Source: Candidatus Latescibacterota bacterium (lineage in GTDB: Bacteria; Latescibacterota; UBA2968; UBA8231). Taken from it: 64,000 nucleotides of DNA. The position numbers and the translations under genes were made by a program. The stretch covers positions 96,001 to 160,000 of the forward strand of contig OZ241889.1 of the NCBI GenBank assembly GCA_965203355.1, written 5' to 3'. This document shows, in pieces, positions 1-9,634 of the stretch; position 1 is the stretch's first letter; each line of letters begins with the position of its first letter. The notes below the pieces were generated by a model. That model did no database searches. It worked only from the letters and a program-made list of their open reading frames with translations, and was not told the origin of the DNA.

Positions 1-2
1 GC

Positions 3-101
3 GGAGAGGATATTGAAGAAGCAGAGGACATAGAGCAAGCAAGCAATCGCTTCAAGCACTCTTTACAAAAAACGCAAGCAACGCAAGGCTGGCAGGAGTA
101 A
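3..101 (+). CDS. 3' end of an upstream CDS of unknown function (partial)
   Basis: Open frame GEDIEEAEDIEQASNRFKHSLQKTQATQGWQE ending at TAA 99-101; its end contains the GGAG RBS of the next gene. Confidence 0.4.
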   Translation, partial: GEDIEEAEDIEQASNRFKHSLQKTQATQGWQE

Positions 102-105
102 CACC

Positions 106-420
106 ATGAGCGCGAGAATCGACATTCCCAAAGAAGAGATCGCCGCCTTCTGTCGGCGCAACCACATCCGGCGTCTGGCCCTGTTCGGCTCAGTCCTGCG
201 CGACGACTTCACACCTGAAAGCGACGTGGATGTACTGGTGGACTTCGAGCTAGGCCAGACGCCAGGGCTGGAGTTCATCACCATGCAAGACGAGCTAGCG
301 GCTATACTCGGCCGACAAGTAGATATGTACACCTTCAGAGGAATCGAAAGCAGCCGCAACTGGCTGCTCCGAGAGGAAATACTTAGTTCGACAGAGGTAC
401 AGTATGAGCAAACGCGATGA
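106..420 (+). CDS. mntA: Minimal nucleotidyltransferase (MNT) antitoxin
   Basis: LFGSVLRDDFTPESDVDVLV = GS-x10-DxD motif; 104 aa; overlaps a HEPN gene. Confidence 0.9.
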   Translation: MSARIDIPKEEIAAFCRRNHIRRLALFGSVLRDDFTPESDVDVLVDFELGQTPGLEFITMQDELAAILGRQVDMYTFRGIESSRNWLLREEILSSTEVQYEQTR

Positions 421-748
421 CCGAGTAAGTTTGGTGGACATGCTCATCTACGCGGAGGAAGCTGTCGTTCTGTCCAGTGCGACAAGTCTGAATGACTTGA
501 TAGAAGACCGGATGATGCAACTCGCCCTACAGAAATTGATAGAGATTGTGGGCGAAGCGGCTAACCGCGTTTCCGAGGAGACACAGCAGTGCTACCAAGA
601 AGTTCCCTGGCCCCAGATCATCGGCCTGCGTAACCGGCTAGTTCACGGCTACGATGACGTCAATCTCGACATTCTGTGGAAAATCATTCAGAACGACTTG
701 CCGCCGCTCATTGAACAACTGCGAGCCATCGTTGGCGAAGAGTCCTAA
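404..748 (+). CDS. hepT: HEPN (DUF86) RNase toxin
   Basis: RNRLVHGY = R-x4-H-x-Y motif; IVGEAA; downstream of MNT. Confidence 0.9.
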   Translation: MSKRDDRVSLVDMLIYAEEAVVLSSATSLNDLIEDRMMQLALQKLIEIVGEAANRVSEETQQCYQEVPWPQIIGLRNRLVHGYDDVNLDILWKIIQNDLPPLIEQLRAIVGEES

Positions 749-749
749 A

Positions 750-3700
750 ATGCCGTCCGTACAAATCACCAATTTGGAGCAACATCTAGTCCTACTAGCG
801 TGGCTCAATCGTCAGTTCGGCTACGAACACAACCGCGATCTATTAGCGGACCTAAAAAAAGCCGACGAAGGGTTCGACGCTGAAGGCCGCAGCTTTGTCT
901 ATCACCTGCTGATAAGTCGCGGGGGCGCGGTGAGCATTTCGCCGGACGCCTTAGCCCAGTACGACGACAATATCCGCAACCACCTGCACGCCATAAACGC
1001 CCGCCGTTCCGAGCCGATTACCTTGCGCTACTTCCAGTACTTGGCGGTGCTCTACGCAGAAGTGTTCCTCGATGGATACTTCAATCGCCGAGGCGAAATG
1101 CTCTGCTCGCTTAATGATTTTGTCGCTGAGTGCGATGCCGGCGAACCGTTTTCCAAATCCGACCTTAAAAAACTCGCCTTTTGGATGGCGACCGGCAGCG
1201 GCAAAACCCTCATCATGCACCTCAACTACCGCCAATTCCTGCACTACAACAATCAGCCCCTCGACAACGTGCTGCTGATTACCCCCAACGAGGGACTGAG
1301 CGGGCAGCATCTCGAAGAAATGACCGCTTCGGATATACCCTGTCGGCGCTTCGACCTCGCCGAGAGCGGCCTGATGATGGACGCAAATGACGTGGTCCGG
1401 GTCATTGAAATAACCAAACTGGTTGAGCAAAAACGCGGCGGCGGTGTGAGCGTACCCGTCGAGGCATTCGAGGGCAACAACCTGATTTTCGTCGATGAAG
1501 GGCACAAAGGGTCCGGCGGCGAAGCGTGGCGCAGCTTCCGCGACGCGCTAGGCGAGCGCGGCTTTACCTTTGAATACAGCGCCACGTTCGGCCAAGCCCT
1601 GAGTGCGGCGAGTACGGACAAGCTCACAGTGGAGTATGGGAAAGCCATCGTCTTCGACTACTCGTACCGCTATTTCCACGGCGACGGGTACGGCAAGGAC
1701 TTCCGCGTCCTCAATCTCTTGGCAGAGACGACCGAGGAAACGACCGAGACGCTTTTGCTCGGCAACCTACTGTCGTTCTACGAGCAGCAATGCGCGTTCG
1801 CCGAGTATGCCCAAGCCTTGCGCCCCTATCACTTGGAACGGCCGCTATGGGTCTTTGTGGGCAGCAGAGTGAACGCGGTGTATTCCAAGAAATCCAAGAA
1901 ACGCAGCGACGTGCTGACGGTGGCGCGGTTCCTACATCGCGTTCTGGAGAACAAGCATGGCTGGGTACTGTCGGCCATTGAGCGACTCGTCAAAGGCGAG
2001 AGCGGCTTGATCGCGCCAGATGATCAGGACGTGTTCGCCGGGAAATTCGCGTACCTGCGGGCCATGGAGCAACCGGCCGATGCGATGTACCAAGACATCC
2101 TAAAAAAGGTGTTCCACGCCCCGGCTGGCGGCGGCTTGCACTTGTGTGCGATCCGCGGAGCCAATGGCGAATTAGGTCTCAAGGCGAGCAGTGCCCAATC
2201 CTACTTCGGTCTCATCTACATCGGCGACATCAGTGCCTTCAAAAATCTAGTGGAGTCCGACGACGCCGGTCTAACGCTGGAAGAGGATGCACTGGCTAGC
2301 TCCCTGTTCGATGACATCAATGGGCCTCACACCAAAATCGAGGTGCTCATTGGCGCGAAGAAGTTCATGGAAGGCTGGAACTCTTGGCGCGTCTCGAACA
2401 TGGGCCTGCTGAACATCGGCCACAGAGAAGGCTCGGAAATCATCCAGCTTTTCGGGCGCGGAGTGCGCTTGCGAGGGAAAGGCACCAGCCTCAAACGGAG
2501 CGCGGCACTGGATGGCAACCACCCGGCTCACATTGGCCTGCTGGAGACGCTCAACATCTTTGCGGTGCGTGCCAACTACATGGCGCAGTTCCGCAAGTAC
2601 TTAGAGCGAGAGGGCGTGGAGACCGAAGCATACCGAGAACTGCCGCTGTTCATTCGTCCCAACGAGCACTGGCTGCAAAAGGGATTGGTCATACCGAGAG
2701 TGCCGGACGAGCGCGACTTTGCCTCGGAAGAAGATATTCGCTTGCAGATCGATCCGAACGTGACGGTGCGCGTTGATAGGTCCTTGCGGGTCCACGCCTT
2801 AGAAAGCAACCCTACTGGCCTTGCCGGAGTTGGAGCCCACTTGGGTACAGAGCAGGCCATCCCCCAACAAGCCTATTCCCTAATCGATTGGGAGCAGGTG
2901 TATCTCGACCTACTTGAATACAAGGAGCAGAAAGGCCGCGACAACTTGATCGTGCAGCCGGATGTACTGCAGCAGATTATCGCGGACCGCGATCGCTACC
3001 GTCTAATGGCCGAAGTGTCGGTCGTCCAGCCACAGTCGATTGAGGATGTGGGCCGCCTACAAGAGGCTGTAACCTGTATTTTGCGGAAGTACGTGGACGC
3101 TTTCTATCGGGTGCGGCGGGAGCGTTGGGAGCAAAAGCAGATGATCTATAAACCCCTCGACGCGCGGGATCCGAATTTGAGCTTCAGCCGAGAGCCGGAA
3201 GCCAAGGGTCAATACGTGGTCAGCATCCGGCAGTCCGAGCGCCCATTAATCAGCGAAGTTGAAAAGCTGATCGCTGACGGCGAGCAACTATACGCAGGAG
3301 AAACAGAGGAACTGCCCCGCTTTCACTTTGATCGACATCTCTATCAGCCTCTATTGGTTGAAAAGGGCGACAACGTAAAGAGCGCACCTCCGGCGTTGAA
3401 CCAGAGCGAGCAGCAGTTCGTCAAGGATGTGAAAGCCTATTGGACCGCCGAATGCGACCAATCCCTCGCCGGCGTAGAAGTGTTCCTCCTGCGGAATCTA
3501 AGTCGTGGAGCGGGCATTGGCTTCTTTGAGACGAGCGGCTTCTATCCCGATTTCATCCTCTGGATCAAAAAAGGGAAAAAACAACACATTGTCTTTGTGG
3601 AGCCGCACGGAATGATCCACGCAAAAGCATACCAGCACGACGACAAAGCGCGGCTTCACAAAAGGCTGCCGAAATTGGCGCAGGCGCTCGGCGCGCGGAG

Positions 3701-3932
3701 TCCGCAGCACAACGTGACGCTGGATTCGTACATCGTTTCCGCAACGTCCTACCGCGACCTTCACAAGCAATACGACGACGGCACTTGGGATAAGGAGCAG
3801 TTCACCGCCGCGCACATTCTGTTCGCCGAGCGCAACGAACAGTACGACTACATGAAAAATATCTTTACAGATAGCCTAGCCAACTTCTGCAACAGGAGAC
3901 CAAACAATGAACAAAGGTCGGGTCGCCGGTAA
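750..3932 (+). CDS. Type III restriction enzyme Res-like SF2 helicase/nuclease
   Basis: MATGSGKT (Walker A), VDEGH, EYSATF, EGWNS, QLFGRGVR, C-terminal FYPDF...VEPHG nuclease motif; start set at ATG 750 just after the HEPN stop. Confidence 0.85.
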   Translation: MPSVQITNLEQHLVLLAWLNRQFGYEHNRDLLADLKKADEGFDAEGRSFVYHLLISRGGAVSISPDALAQYDDNIRNHLHAINARRSEPITLRYFQYLAVLYAEVFLDGYFNRRGEMLCSLNDFVAECDAGEPFSKSDLKKLAFWMATGSGKTLIMHLNYRQFLHYNNQPLDNVLLITPNEGLSGQHLEEMTASDIPCRRFDLAESGLMMDANDVVRVIEITKLVEQKRGGGVSVPVEAFEGNNLIFVDEGHKGSGGEAWRSFRDALGERGFTFEYSATFGQALSAASTDKLTVEYGKAIVFDYSYRYFHGDGYGKDFRVLNLLAETTEETTETLLLGNLLSFYEQQCAFAEYAQALRPYHLERPLWVFVGSRVNAVYSKKSKKRSDVLTVARFLHRVLENKHGWVLSAIERLVKGESGLIAPDDQDVFAGKFAYLRAMEQPADAMYQDILKKVFHAPAGGGLHLCAIRGANGELGLKASSAQSYFGLIYIGDISAFKNLVESDDAGLTLEEDALASSLFDDINGPHTKIEVLIGAKKFMEGWNSWRVSNMGLLNIGHREGSEIIQLFGRGVRLRGKGTSLKRSAALDGNHPAHIGLLETLNIFAVRANYMAQFRKYLEREGVETEAYRELPLFIRPNEHWLQKGLVIPRVPDERDFASEEDIRLQIDPNVTVRVDRSLRVHALESNPTGLAGVGAHLGTEQAIPQQAYSLIDWEQVYLDLLEYKEQKGRDNLIVQPDVLQQIIADRDRYRLMAEVSVVQPQSIEDVGRLQEAVTCILRKYVDAFYRVRRERWEQKQMIYKPLDARDPNLSFSREPEAKGQYVVSIRQSERPLISEVEKLIADGEQLYAGETEELPRFHFDRHLYQPLLVEKGDNVKSAPPALNQSEQQFVKDVKAYWTAECDQSLAGVEVFLLRNLSRGAGIGFFETSGFYPDFILWIKKGKKQHIVFVEPHGMIHAKAYQHDDKARLHKRLPKLAQALGARSPQHNVTLDSYIVSATSYRDLHKQYDDGTWDKEQFTAAHILFAERNEQYDYMKNIFTDSLANFCNRRPNNEQRSGRR

Positions 3933-4668
3933 AGCGGCCATTGTAACAGGTGCGGCTTCTGGAATTGGAGAAGCCACCGCGCAAGTTTTGGCGCGCGAAG
4001 GCGCGTCCGTCTGCGTGGCAGACGTCAATGCCGATGGCGGCCAGCGGGTCGTCGATGCGATCAACGCCGGCGGCGGCGAAGCCATTTTCGTCCGCACCAA
4101 TGTGAGCGAAGCCGCCCAAGTCATCGAGATGTTCGCACGCACCGAGGCCGCCTTTGGCCGCGTGGACATCGTCCACAACAACGCGATCTGGTTCCGCCAC
4201 GGCCCGGCGACCGAACTGGACGAAAGCGATTGGGACGGCACCTTAAACATCGGCCTAAAGGCGATTTTCCTCGCCGCCAAATACGGCATCCCGATCATGC
4301 GCAAGACCGGCGGCGGCGCCATCATCAACACCGGCTCGGTGCATTCGCTGGTCAGCTTTGCCACGGCCACGGCCTACGACGCGGCCAAGGCCGGCGTTTT
4401 GGGCCTGACGCGGACGCTAGCCATTGATTACGGGCCGGACATCCGCGTCTGCGCGGTGTTGCCCGGTGCCATTCTCACGCCCTTGTGGGACGATCTACAA
4501 GTGCCGGAAGAAGAGCGCGTACGCTACGCTCAGATGGTGCCAGCCCAGCGCTTGGGCACGGGCGAGGACATCGCCAACGCCGTGCTGTTTCTCGCCTCGG
4601 ACGAGGCGTCCTTTATCACCGGAACGGCGCTGACGGTGGATGGCGGAATGCTGGCGCGGGCCGAGTAG
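3907..4668 (+). CDS. Short-chain dehydrogenase/reductase (SDR)
   Basis: TGAASGIG, NNA, YDAAK (YxxxK), VDGG. Confidence 0.92.
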   Translation: MNKGRVAGKAAIVTGAASGIGEATAQVLAREGASVCVADVNADGGQRVVDAINAGGGEAIFVRTNVSEAAQVIEMFARTEAAFGRVDIVHNNAIWFRHGPATELDESDWDGTLNIGLKAIFLAAKYGIPIMRKTGGGAIINTGSVHSLVSFATATAYDAAKAGVLGLTRTLAIDYGPDIRVCAVLPGAILTPLWDDLQVPEEERVRYAQMVPAQRLGTGEDIANAVLFLASDEASFITGTALTVDGGMLARAE

Positions 4669-5814
4669 ATGACCAAGCCAGCCGTTAAACCACAAAATCC
4701 CTGCTTTTCCTCCGGCCCCTGCGCCAAGCACCCCGGGTGGAATCTCGCGGCCCTAAAAGACGCGGCCGTAGGACGCTCGCACCGCGCCGCCGTCGGGCGG
4801 GCCAAGCTGCGAGAAGTCATCGAGCGGTCGCGGTCGCTGCTGGGCGTCCCGGCTGATTACCGCATCGCGGTAGTGCCAGCTTCAGACACCGGGGCCGTGG
4901 AAATGTGCCTATGGTCCATGCTCGGCGCACGCGGCGTTGACGTGCTGTCTTGGGAGAGCTTCAGCCAGGGTTGGGCGACGGACATTACTCGGCACCTGCG
5001 GCTGGAGGACGTGCGCGTCTTGGACGCGGATTTTGGCGAGTTACCGGATCTGTGCCAAGTTGATTGCGACCGCGACGTCGTCTTTGCGTGGAACGGCACG
5101 ACCTCCGGGGTGAAGGTGCCCGATGGCGAGTGGATTGCCGCCGACCGCGAGGGCCTGACCATCTGCGACGCGACCTCGGCCGTTTTCGCCGTGGACCTAC
5201 CTTGGGAAAAGCTCGACGTAGTAACCTACTCTTGGCAAAAGGTCATGGGCGGAGAGGCCGCACACGGAATGCTGATCCTCAGCCCGCGCGCGGTTGAGCG
5301 GCTCGTCCATTTCACGCCGCCTTGGCCTTTGCCCAAACTCTTCCGCATGACGCAAGGCGGCCAACTCAACGAGGCCCTGTTCAAGGGCGATACCATCAAC
5401 ACGCCCTCCCTGCTCTGCGTAGAAGACGCGCTCGACGGGCTGCGCTGGGCCGAAAGCATCGGCGGCTTGCCCGAACTCGTGCGGCGCACGCAAGCCAACC
5501 TCGCGGTGTTAGAGCCGTGGGAAGCCGCCAGCGAGTGGATCGCGTTTTTGCCGGCGCGACGAGAGATTCGCTCTAGTACGTCGATTTGCCTGCGAATCGC
5601 CGACCCGTGGTTTGCCGACTTAAGCGAGGACGACCAGCGGGCAAAGGCCAAAGCACTCGTCGCCAAGCTAGAAAACGAAGGCGTCGCCTACGACATCAAC
5701 GGCTACCGCGCCGCGCCGCCCGGCCTGCGGATCTGGGGCGGGGCAACGGTGGAAACCAGCGACATGGAAGCGCTAGTCCCGTGGCTGGATTGGGTGTGGA
5801 ACGAGGGGAACTAA
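4669..5814 (+). CDS. serC: Phosphoserine aminotransferase (Methanosarcina/alphaproteobacterial type)
   Basis: [28 protein letters not shown] (PLP lysine), NTPS. Confidence 0.92.
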   Translation: MTKPAVKPQNPCFSSGPCAKHPGWNLAALKDAAVGRSHRAAVGRAKLREVIERSRSLLGVPADYRIAVVPASDTGAVEMCLWSMLGARGVDVLSWESFSQGWATDITRHLRLEDVRVLDADFGELPDLCQVDCDRDVVFAWNGTTSGVKVPDGEWIAADREGLTICDATSAVFAVDLPWEKLDVVTYSWQKVMGGEAAHGMLILSPRAVERLVHFTPPWPLPKLFRMTQGGQLNEALFKGDTINTPSLLCVEDALDGLRWAESIGGLPELVRRTQANLAVLEPWEAASEWIAFLPARREIRSSTSICLRIADPWFADLSEDDQRAKAKALVAKLENEGVAYDINGYRAAPPGLRIWGGATVETSDMEALVPWLDWVWNEGN

Positions 5815-5816
5815 CG

Positions 5817-6377
5817 TCAGCCTAACAAATCGGCGGCAACCAATACAAGCTGGGGAATCGTCGGCGAGACGAGCGTAGCGGCGGCTGTGACCTCGACGCG
5901 CTGTTGGTACGCGCCGCCTTGGGGCCGGGCGCACACTTCAATGCGGCCTTTTTGCAGGTCGATCAGCCACGCTTCGGGAAGGCCGGCCTGCGCGTAAAGC
6001 GGCAGCTTGACCTCGCGGTCGTAGTCGGCCGACGTATCGGCGACTTCAACGGCCAGCAGCACGTCAACCGCCGACGGATGAGCGGCCGCGTAGAAATCGG
6101 CGCGGGGACGGAGTAGCACCAGATCGGGTTCGGGGGCCGAGTACGCGTCGAGAGCGATGGGGCTTTGTACTCGCACGATGAAGGCCTGTTGTAGTTGGCG
6201 ATGAAATAAGCCGTTGAGTCGATCGACGCAAGCGGCGTGTCGGCTGCCAATGGGGCTCATGGCGACGATCTGCCCGGCGATAAGCTCAACTCGGTCCTCC
6301 TCGGTTAAAATATTCTCCTCGGCCATGCGGTAGTATTCGCCGACCGTGAAGGCGTGGTTTTGCGGTTGGGTGGTCAT
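5817..6377 (-). CDS. Uma2 family endonuclease
   Basis: RVELIAG, PEPD, LAVEVADTS, DREVKLPLYA. Confidence 0.92.
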   Translation of the reverse strand: MTTQPQNHAFTVGEYYRMAEENILTEEDRVELIAGQIVAMSPIGSRHAACVDRLNGLFHRQLQQAFIVRVQSPIALDAYSAPEPDLVLLRPRADFYAAAHPSAVDVLLAVEVADTSADYDREVKLPLYAQAGLPEAWLIDLQKGRIEVCARPQGGAYQQRVEVTAAATLVSPTIPQLVLVAADLLG

Positions 6378-6452
6378 GGCAATTCTCCTCTAAAATTGCG
6401 CCCACTCCTAGACAATATAGAAGCGGGCGCAACCTGCACAAGAACGCGTCGC

Positions 6453-7850
6453 CTATCTCTTTTTATTGCCCGCCTGCAATCTGTTTGCCGCACCTACCGA
6501 GCCGATGTGCAACGTATCGTACGCCTGTTGCGAAGTCGCAAACGGCCCCTCGTGCGTTTTTGAGCCATGCCATTGCAAATTGGTGTACATCGGGTTGGGC
6601 GCGCCCGTTTCGCGCTCGCGCTGGGCGATCCACGTCTCCATCCGCTCCTTCAGCATGGCGACGATTTCCGGCTCTTTTGCGGCCAAGTTTTCCAACTCCA
6701 GCGGATCGCTGACCAAGTTGTACAGCTCGACTTCGGGCTTGAAGTGAAAGTCCGGCTCTAGCGCGACGATCAGCTTCCATTCCGGGGTGCGCCAGCCGTG
6801 CTTGCGCATCCAAGTGCATTCGGTGATGTAGAAGTCCGAGTAGTTGGAGGCTTTCTCGCTTGCGACCAGCGGCAGGAGCGACTGGCCGTCGAAAGCAATG
6901 TCAGTGCGGATGTCGAGCAGTTCGAGGATGGTCGGCACCAAGTCTTGGTGCAAGGTGATACCCGAGACGCGCTCGCCAGCCGGCAGCGCGCCGGGTAGGC
7001 GGATAATCAGCGGCACGTAGAGGGTGTTTTCGTACAGGCCGTGGTGATCGTACCAGCACTCGTGCTCGTACAGGGTCTCGCCGTGGTCGCCGTTGATGAC
7101 GATCAGGGTATGGTCGCTCAAGCCCAGCTCTTCGACGCGGGTGAGGATGCGCTGAATGCAGGCGTCCATATAGGCGACAGCGCCGTCGTACTGGGCATCG
7201 ACGTAGCGGCGGTCGCGCACCCCGGGCGGCATCCAATCGGCGAAGAAGTCGCCGAAAGGCTTGAAGCTAAACACCGGCTCCATGCTCTCGTTTGTTGGGT
7301 CGAATTCGTCGCCGCTGTAAAACATCCGCTCAAAAGGGGCCGGCGGCAGATACGGGGCGTGCGGATCCATGTGGCGCAAGAAGAGAAAAAACGGCTGCTC
7401 GGCCTGCGCCAGTCGCTCCAGTTCGGGAATGGCAACTTGGTTGAGATTTTCGGCCTTGGGGCTGCGGCCTTCGGCAAACGAACCCCAGCCAGCGTAGTCG
7501 AAATAGCGGTCGAAGCCGCGCGCACTCGGATTGCCGCTAAAGCCGACGCACGAGGTGTCGTAGCCTATATGGCGCAGGATTTCGGGGAGGGTGCGGATGC
7601 GCTCGGGCAACCCTCCTTGGTGGCGCAGCGCCACCACGCTGGTGCCAAAGCAGTCGAGTCCGGTGAGCATGGAGGCGTAGGCCGAGGTGGTGGGTATGTG
7701 GGCCGAGTAGTTGCGCTCAAAGAGCACGGCCCGCTCGGCAAAGCGGTCGATGTGGGGCGTGGTCTGGCGGTGATAGCCATAACAGCTCATGTGATCGGCA
7801 CGCAGGCTGTCAATGCCGAAGAGAATGACGTTGGGCTTTTTCGCTGGCAT
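6453..7850 (-). CDS. Sulfatase-like / alkaline phosphatase superfamily hydrolase
   Basis: PNVILFGIDSLRADH, DPHAPY, GDHGE, DHHGLY, ELYNL; the nucleophile site is TTSAY rather than CxPxR. Confidence 0.85.
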   Translation of the reverse strand: MPAKKPNVILFGIDSLRADHMSCYGYHRQTTPHIDRFAERAVLFERNYSAHIPTTSAYASMLTGLDCFGTSVVALRHQGGLPERIRTLPEILRHIGYDTSCVGFSGNPSARGFDRYFDYAGWGSFAEGRSPKAENLNQVAIPELERLAQAEQPFFLFLRHMDPHAPYLPPAPFERMFYSGDEFDPTNESMEPVFSFKPFGDFFADWMPPGVRDRRYVDAQYDGAVAYMDACIQRILTRVEELGLSDHTLIVINGDHGETLYEHECWYDHHGLYENTLYVPLIIRLPGALPAGERVSGITLHQDLVPTILELLDIRTDIAFDGQSLLPLVASEKASNYSDFYITECTWMRKHGWRTPEWKLIVALEPDFHFKPEVELYNLVSDPLELENLAAKEPEIVAMLKERMETWIAQRERETGAPNPMYTNLQWHGSKTHEGPFATSQQAYDTLHIGSVGAANRLQAGNKKR

Positions 7851-7869
7851 TAGATCCTCTCAGTTAGGG

Positions 7870-8292
7870 TTAGGCATTGGATTTGAGCACCGCACCGGGC
7901 CATTGGTCGTCGCGGGCTGTCACATCTACGGTAATACCGTCGGGGTCTTCGACCTTGAAGGCTCCTTGTTGGATGTTGTGGACATCAATCGGCTCTTTGC
8001 CGCCCAAGCCGTCGGAAAAAATCTCGTACCCCATGTCCAGCAGGCGACGCCCCGTCTCCGCGAGGTCGGGCACCCGCACACCGATGTGCAGATAGTCGAG
8101 CATCCCGCTGACATGCGGCGGGCGGGGCGGACCGTTGTGCTCAAAGACGCGGAAGTTGTGGTAGCCATCGCTGAGGTCGTAGCAGTTTTCGTGGGTCGAA
8201 ACCACGGGCAGGCCGAGGCCATCGCGCCAAAAGCGGATGGTGTTTTCGAGGTTTGTAGCTCGGACCCCAATGTGGACGAGTACCGTACTCAT
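7870..8292 (-). CDS. VOC/glyoxalase family protein
   Basis: Two HIGVR repeats, FWRDGLGL, EDPDG. Confidence 0.85.
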   Translation of the reverse strand: MSTVLVHIGVRATNLENTIRFWRDGLGLPVVSTHENCYDLSDGYHNFRVFEHNGPPRPPHVSGMLDYLHIGVRVPDLAETGRRLLDMGYEIFSDGLGGKEPIDVHNIQQGAFKVEDPDGITVDVTARDDQWPGAVLKSNA

Positions 8293-8513
8293 GGCTTTTC
8301 TCCTTTCTCATAGGCTCGTAGCCGTCGCGCCATGCGCGTCCATAATCTAACAAACGAAGCACCGCGCGGCACTGCCGCGTCTGCGGGCCTGTTTCGCCGT
8401 ATGTTAATGGAAATTTATTAACCTGAAAAAGTTTTTTTAGATCAATAAGTTATTGTTTTTTGGTTAGATGGGAAATCCCCGGTAAAACGAGGCAAAAAAA
8501 GGGGACAAATTTC

Positions 8514-8542
8514 TTGACTTATATACAAATGTTCACTATCTT
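8514..8542 (+). promoter_or_regulatory. Sigma70-type promoter for the micro-ORF/HTH/ssb operon
   Basis: TTGACT-17 nt-TATCTT in an AT-rich region; IHF-like GATCAATAAGTTA at 8440-8452; near-perfect 20-bp palindrome at 8561-8580. Confidence 0.65.
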
Positions 8543-8614
8543 TTTGTGTAGGTAATCGAAGTAAAAAGAGCTTTTTTTACGTAGCGAAAACCCCATCGCA
8601 AGGAGCAAAACCAC

Positions 8615-8698
8615 ATGCGACGCGAGATCATCAATCAGGGCCTGATGTACGCCCTCGTCAGCCTCTTCGTATTCGCGGTGAAGCCGCTTCTCAACTAA
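8615..8698 (+). CDS. 27-aa hydrophobic micro-protein (MRREIINQGLMYALVSLFVFAVKPLLN)
   Basis: AAGGAG RBS upstream of ATG; one predicted TM segment; below the ORF-track length cutoff. Confidence 0.55.
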   Translation: MRREIINQGLMYALVSLFVFAVKPLLN

Positions 8699-8726
8699 TA
8701 GCCGCTGGCCAAAGGAGAGCAGACCA

Positions 8727-8870
8727 ATGAACCCAATTTTTGCGTTTCACGCCTTGCGCGAAGTGAGCAAAAACAAACGCGCCCAGCGCCAGGTGAGCCG
8801 GCTGGGGCCGCTGTGTACAGGAGCGATCTTCGTCGTCTGGAGCTTTCCCGTTTTCCGCTATCTCACCTAA
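8727..8870 (+). CDS. 47-aa micro-protein with a basic middle and hydrophobic C-terminus
   Basis: AAAGGAG RBS; [47 protein letters not shown]; tightly packed between neighbours. Confidence 0.55.
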   Translation: MNPIFAFHALREVSKNKRAQRQVSRLGPLCTGAIFVVWSFPVFRYLT

Positions 8871-8891
8871 CCTTGCCAAAAGGAGAAACTC

Positions 8892-9101
8892 ATGCCGCCT
8901 ATCGCCAAAGATCGCATCGAACGCGCCGCGCGGATCTATGCCAGCAACCACGACGCCGGCTCGGCCTTGGGCATTGCCCCGGGCAGCTTTAGCCGCCTCT
9001 GCCGCCGCTACGGCATCGAGACGCCCCAAGCGCGCAAGCGCCGTGAGCGCAGCGAGTGGAAGCACGATCACTTCGGCCCGCACAACCGAGAGGAGCAGTA
9101 A
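8892..9101 (+). CDS. Small Fis-like helix-turn-helix protein
   Basis: AAGGAG RBS; [24 protein letters not shown] resembles the Fis-type NxxxAAxxLGIxxxTLxRxxxxYGI HTH. Confidence 0.7.
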   Translation: MPPIAKDRIERAARIYASNHDAGSALGIAPGSFSRLCRRYGIETPQARKRRERSEWKHDHFGPHNREEQ

Positions 9102-9102
9102 C

Positions 9103-9528
9103 ATGTCGAGTATCAACAAAGTCTTACTCATCGGCAACTTAGGGTCCGACCCCGAGACCCGCTTTACCCCCAGCGGCGCACAAGTCGCCAACTTCAGCTT
9201 GGCCACCAGCGAGTCGTGGAACGACAAGAACGGGCAGCGCCAAGAGCGCACCGAATGGCACCGCATCGTCTTGTGGAAGCGCCTCGCCGAAATCGCTGGT
9301 CAGTACCTAAAAAAGGGCAACAAGGTCTATATCGAGGGCAAGCTGCAAACGCGCTCTTGGGAGGATCAGCAAGGTCAGAAGCGCCAGACCACCGAAATCA
9401 TCGCCAACACCATGAAAATGCTCGGCGCCGAGCGAGCGGCCGAGGCAGTCGAGGCAGCCGAAAGCAACGGCCATGCACTCGCGGCCGCCCCGGCGTCCGG
9501 TCCCAACTACGACGACTTGCCCTTCTAA
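9103..9528 (+). CDS. ssb: Single-stranded DNA-binding protein
   Basis: [31 protein letters not shown]-terminal DDLPF; GGAG RBS. Confidence 0.97.
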   Translation: MSSINKVLLIGNLGSDPETRFTPSGAQVANFSLATSESWNDKNGQRQERTEWHRIVLWKRLAEIAGQYLKKGNKVYIEGKLQTRSWEDQQGQKRQTTEIIANTMKMLGAERAAEAVEAAESNGHALAAAPASGPNYDDLPF

Positions 9529-9576
9529 CCATTCCACCCTTCCGCCGGGTTGACGCTCGGACGAGATGTATTAGCT

Positions 9577-9613
9577 TGGTCGCGGTCCGCAAAGGATGCG
9601 CGGCCATTTTTTT
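9577..9613 (+). terminator. Probable intrinsic terminator after ssb
   Basis: Hairpin TGGTCGCGGTCC-GCAAA-GGATGCGCGGCCA followed by T7. Confidence 0.6.
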
Positions 9614-9634
9614 ACTTTTTTCCAAGGAGCGATC

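Noticed and set aside
654-749. ORF-track N-terminal extension of the Res-like gene
   Set aside because: It overlaps the HEPN gene; ATG 750 right after the HEPN stop is more plausible
8938-9102. Extended N-terminus of SSB
   Set aside because: It overlaps the HTH ORF; the ATG at 9103 has its own RBS and gives the canonical start
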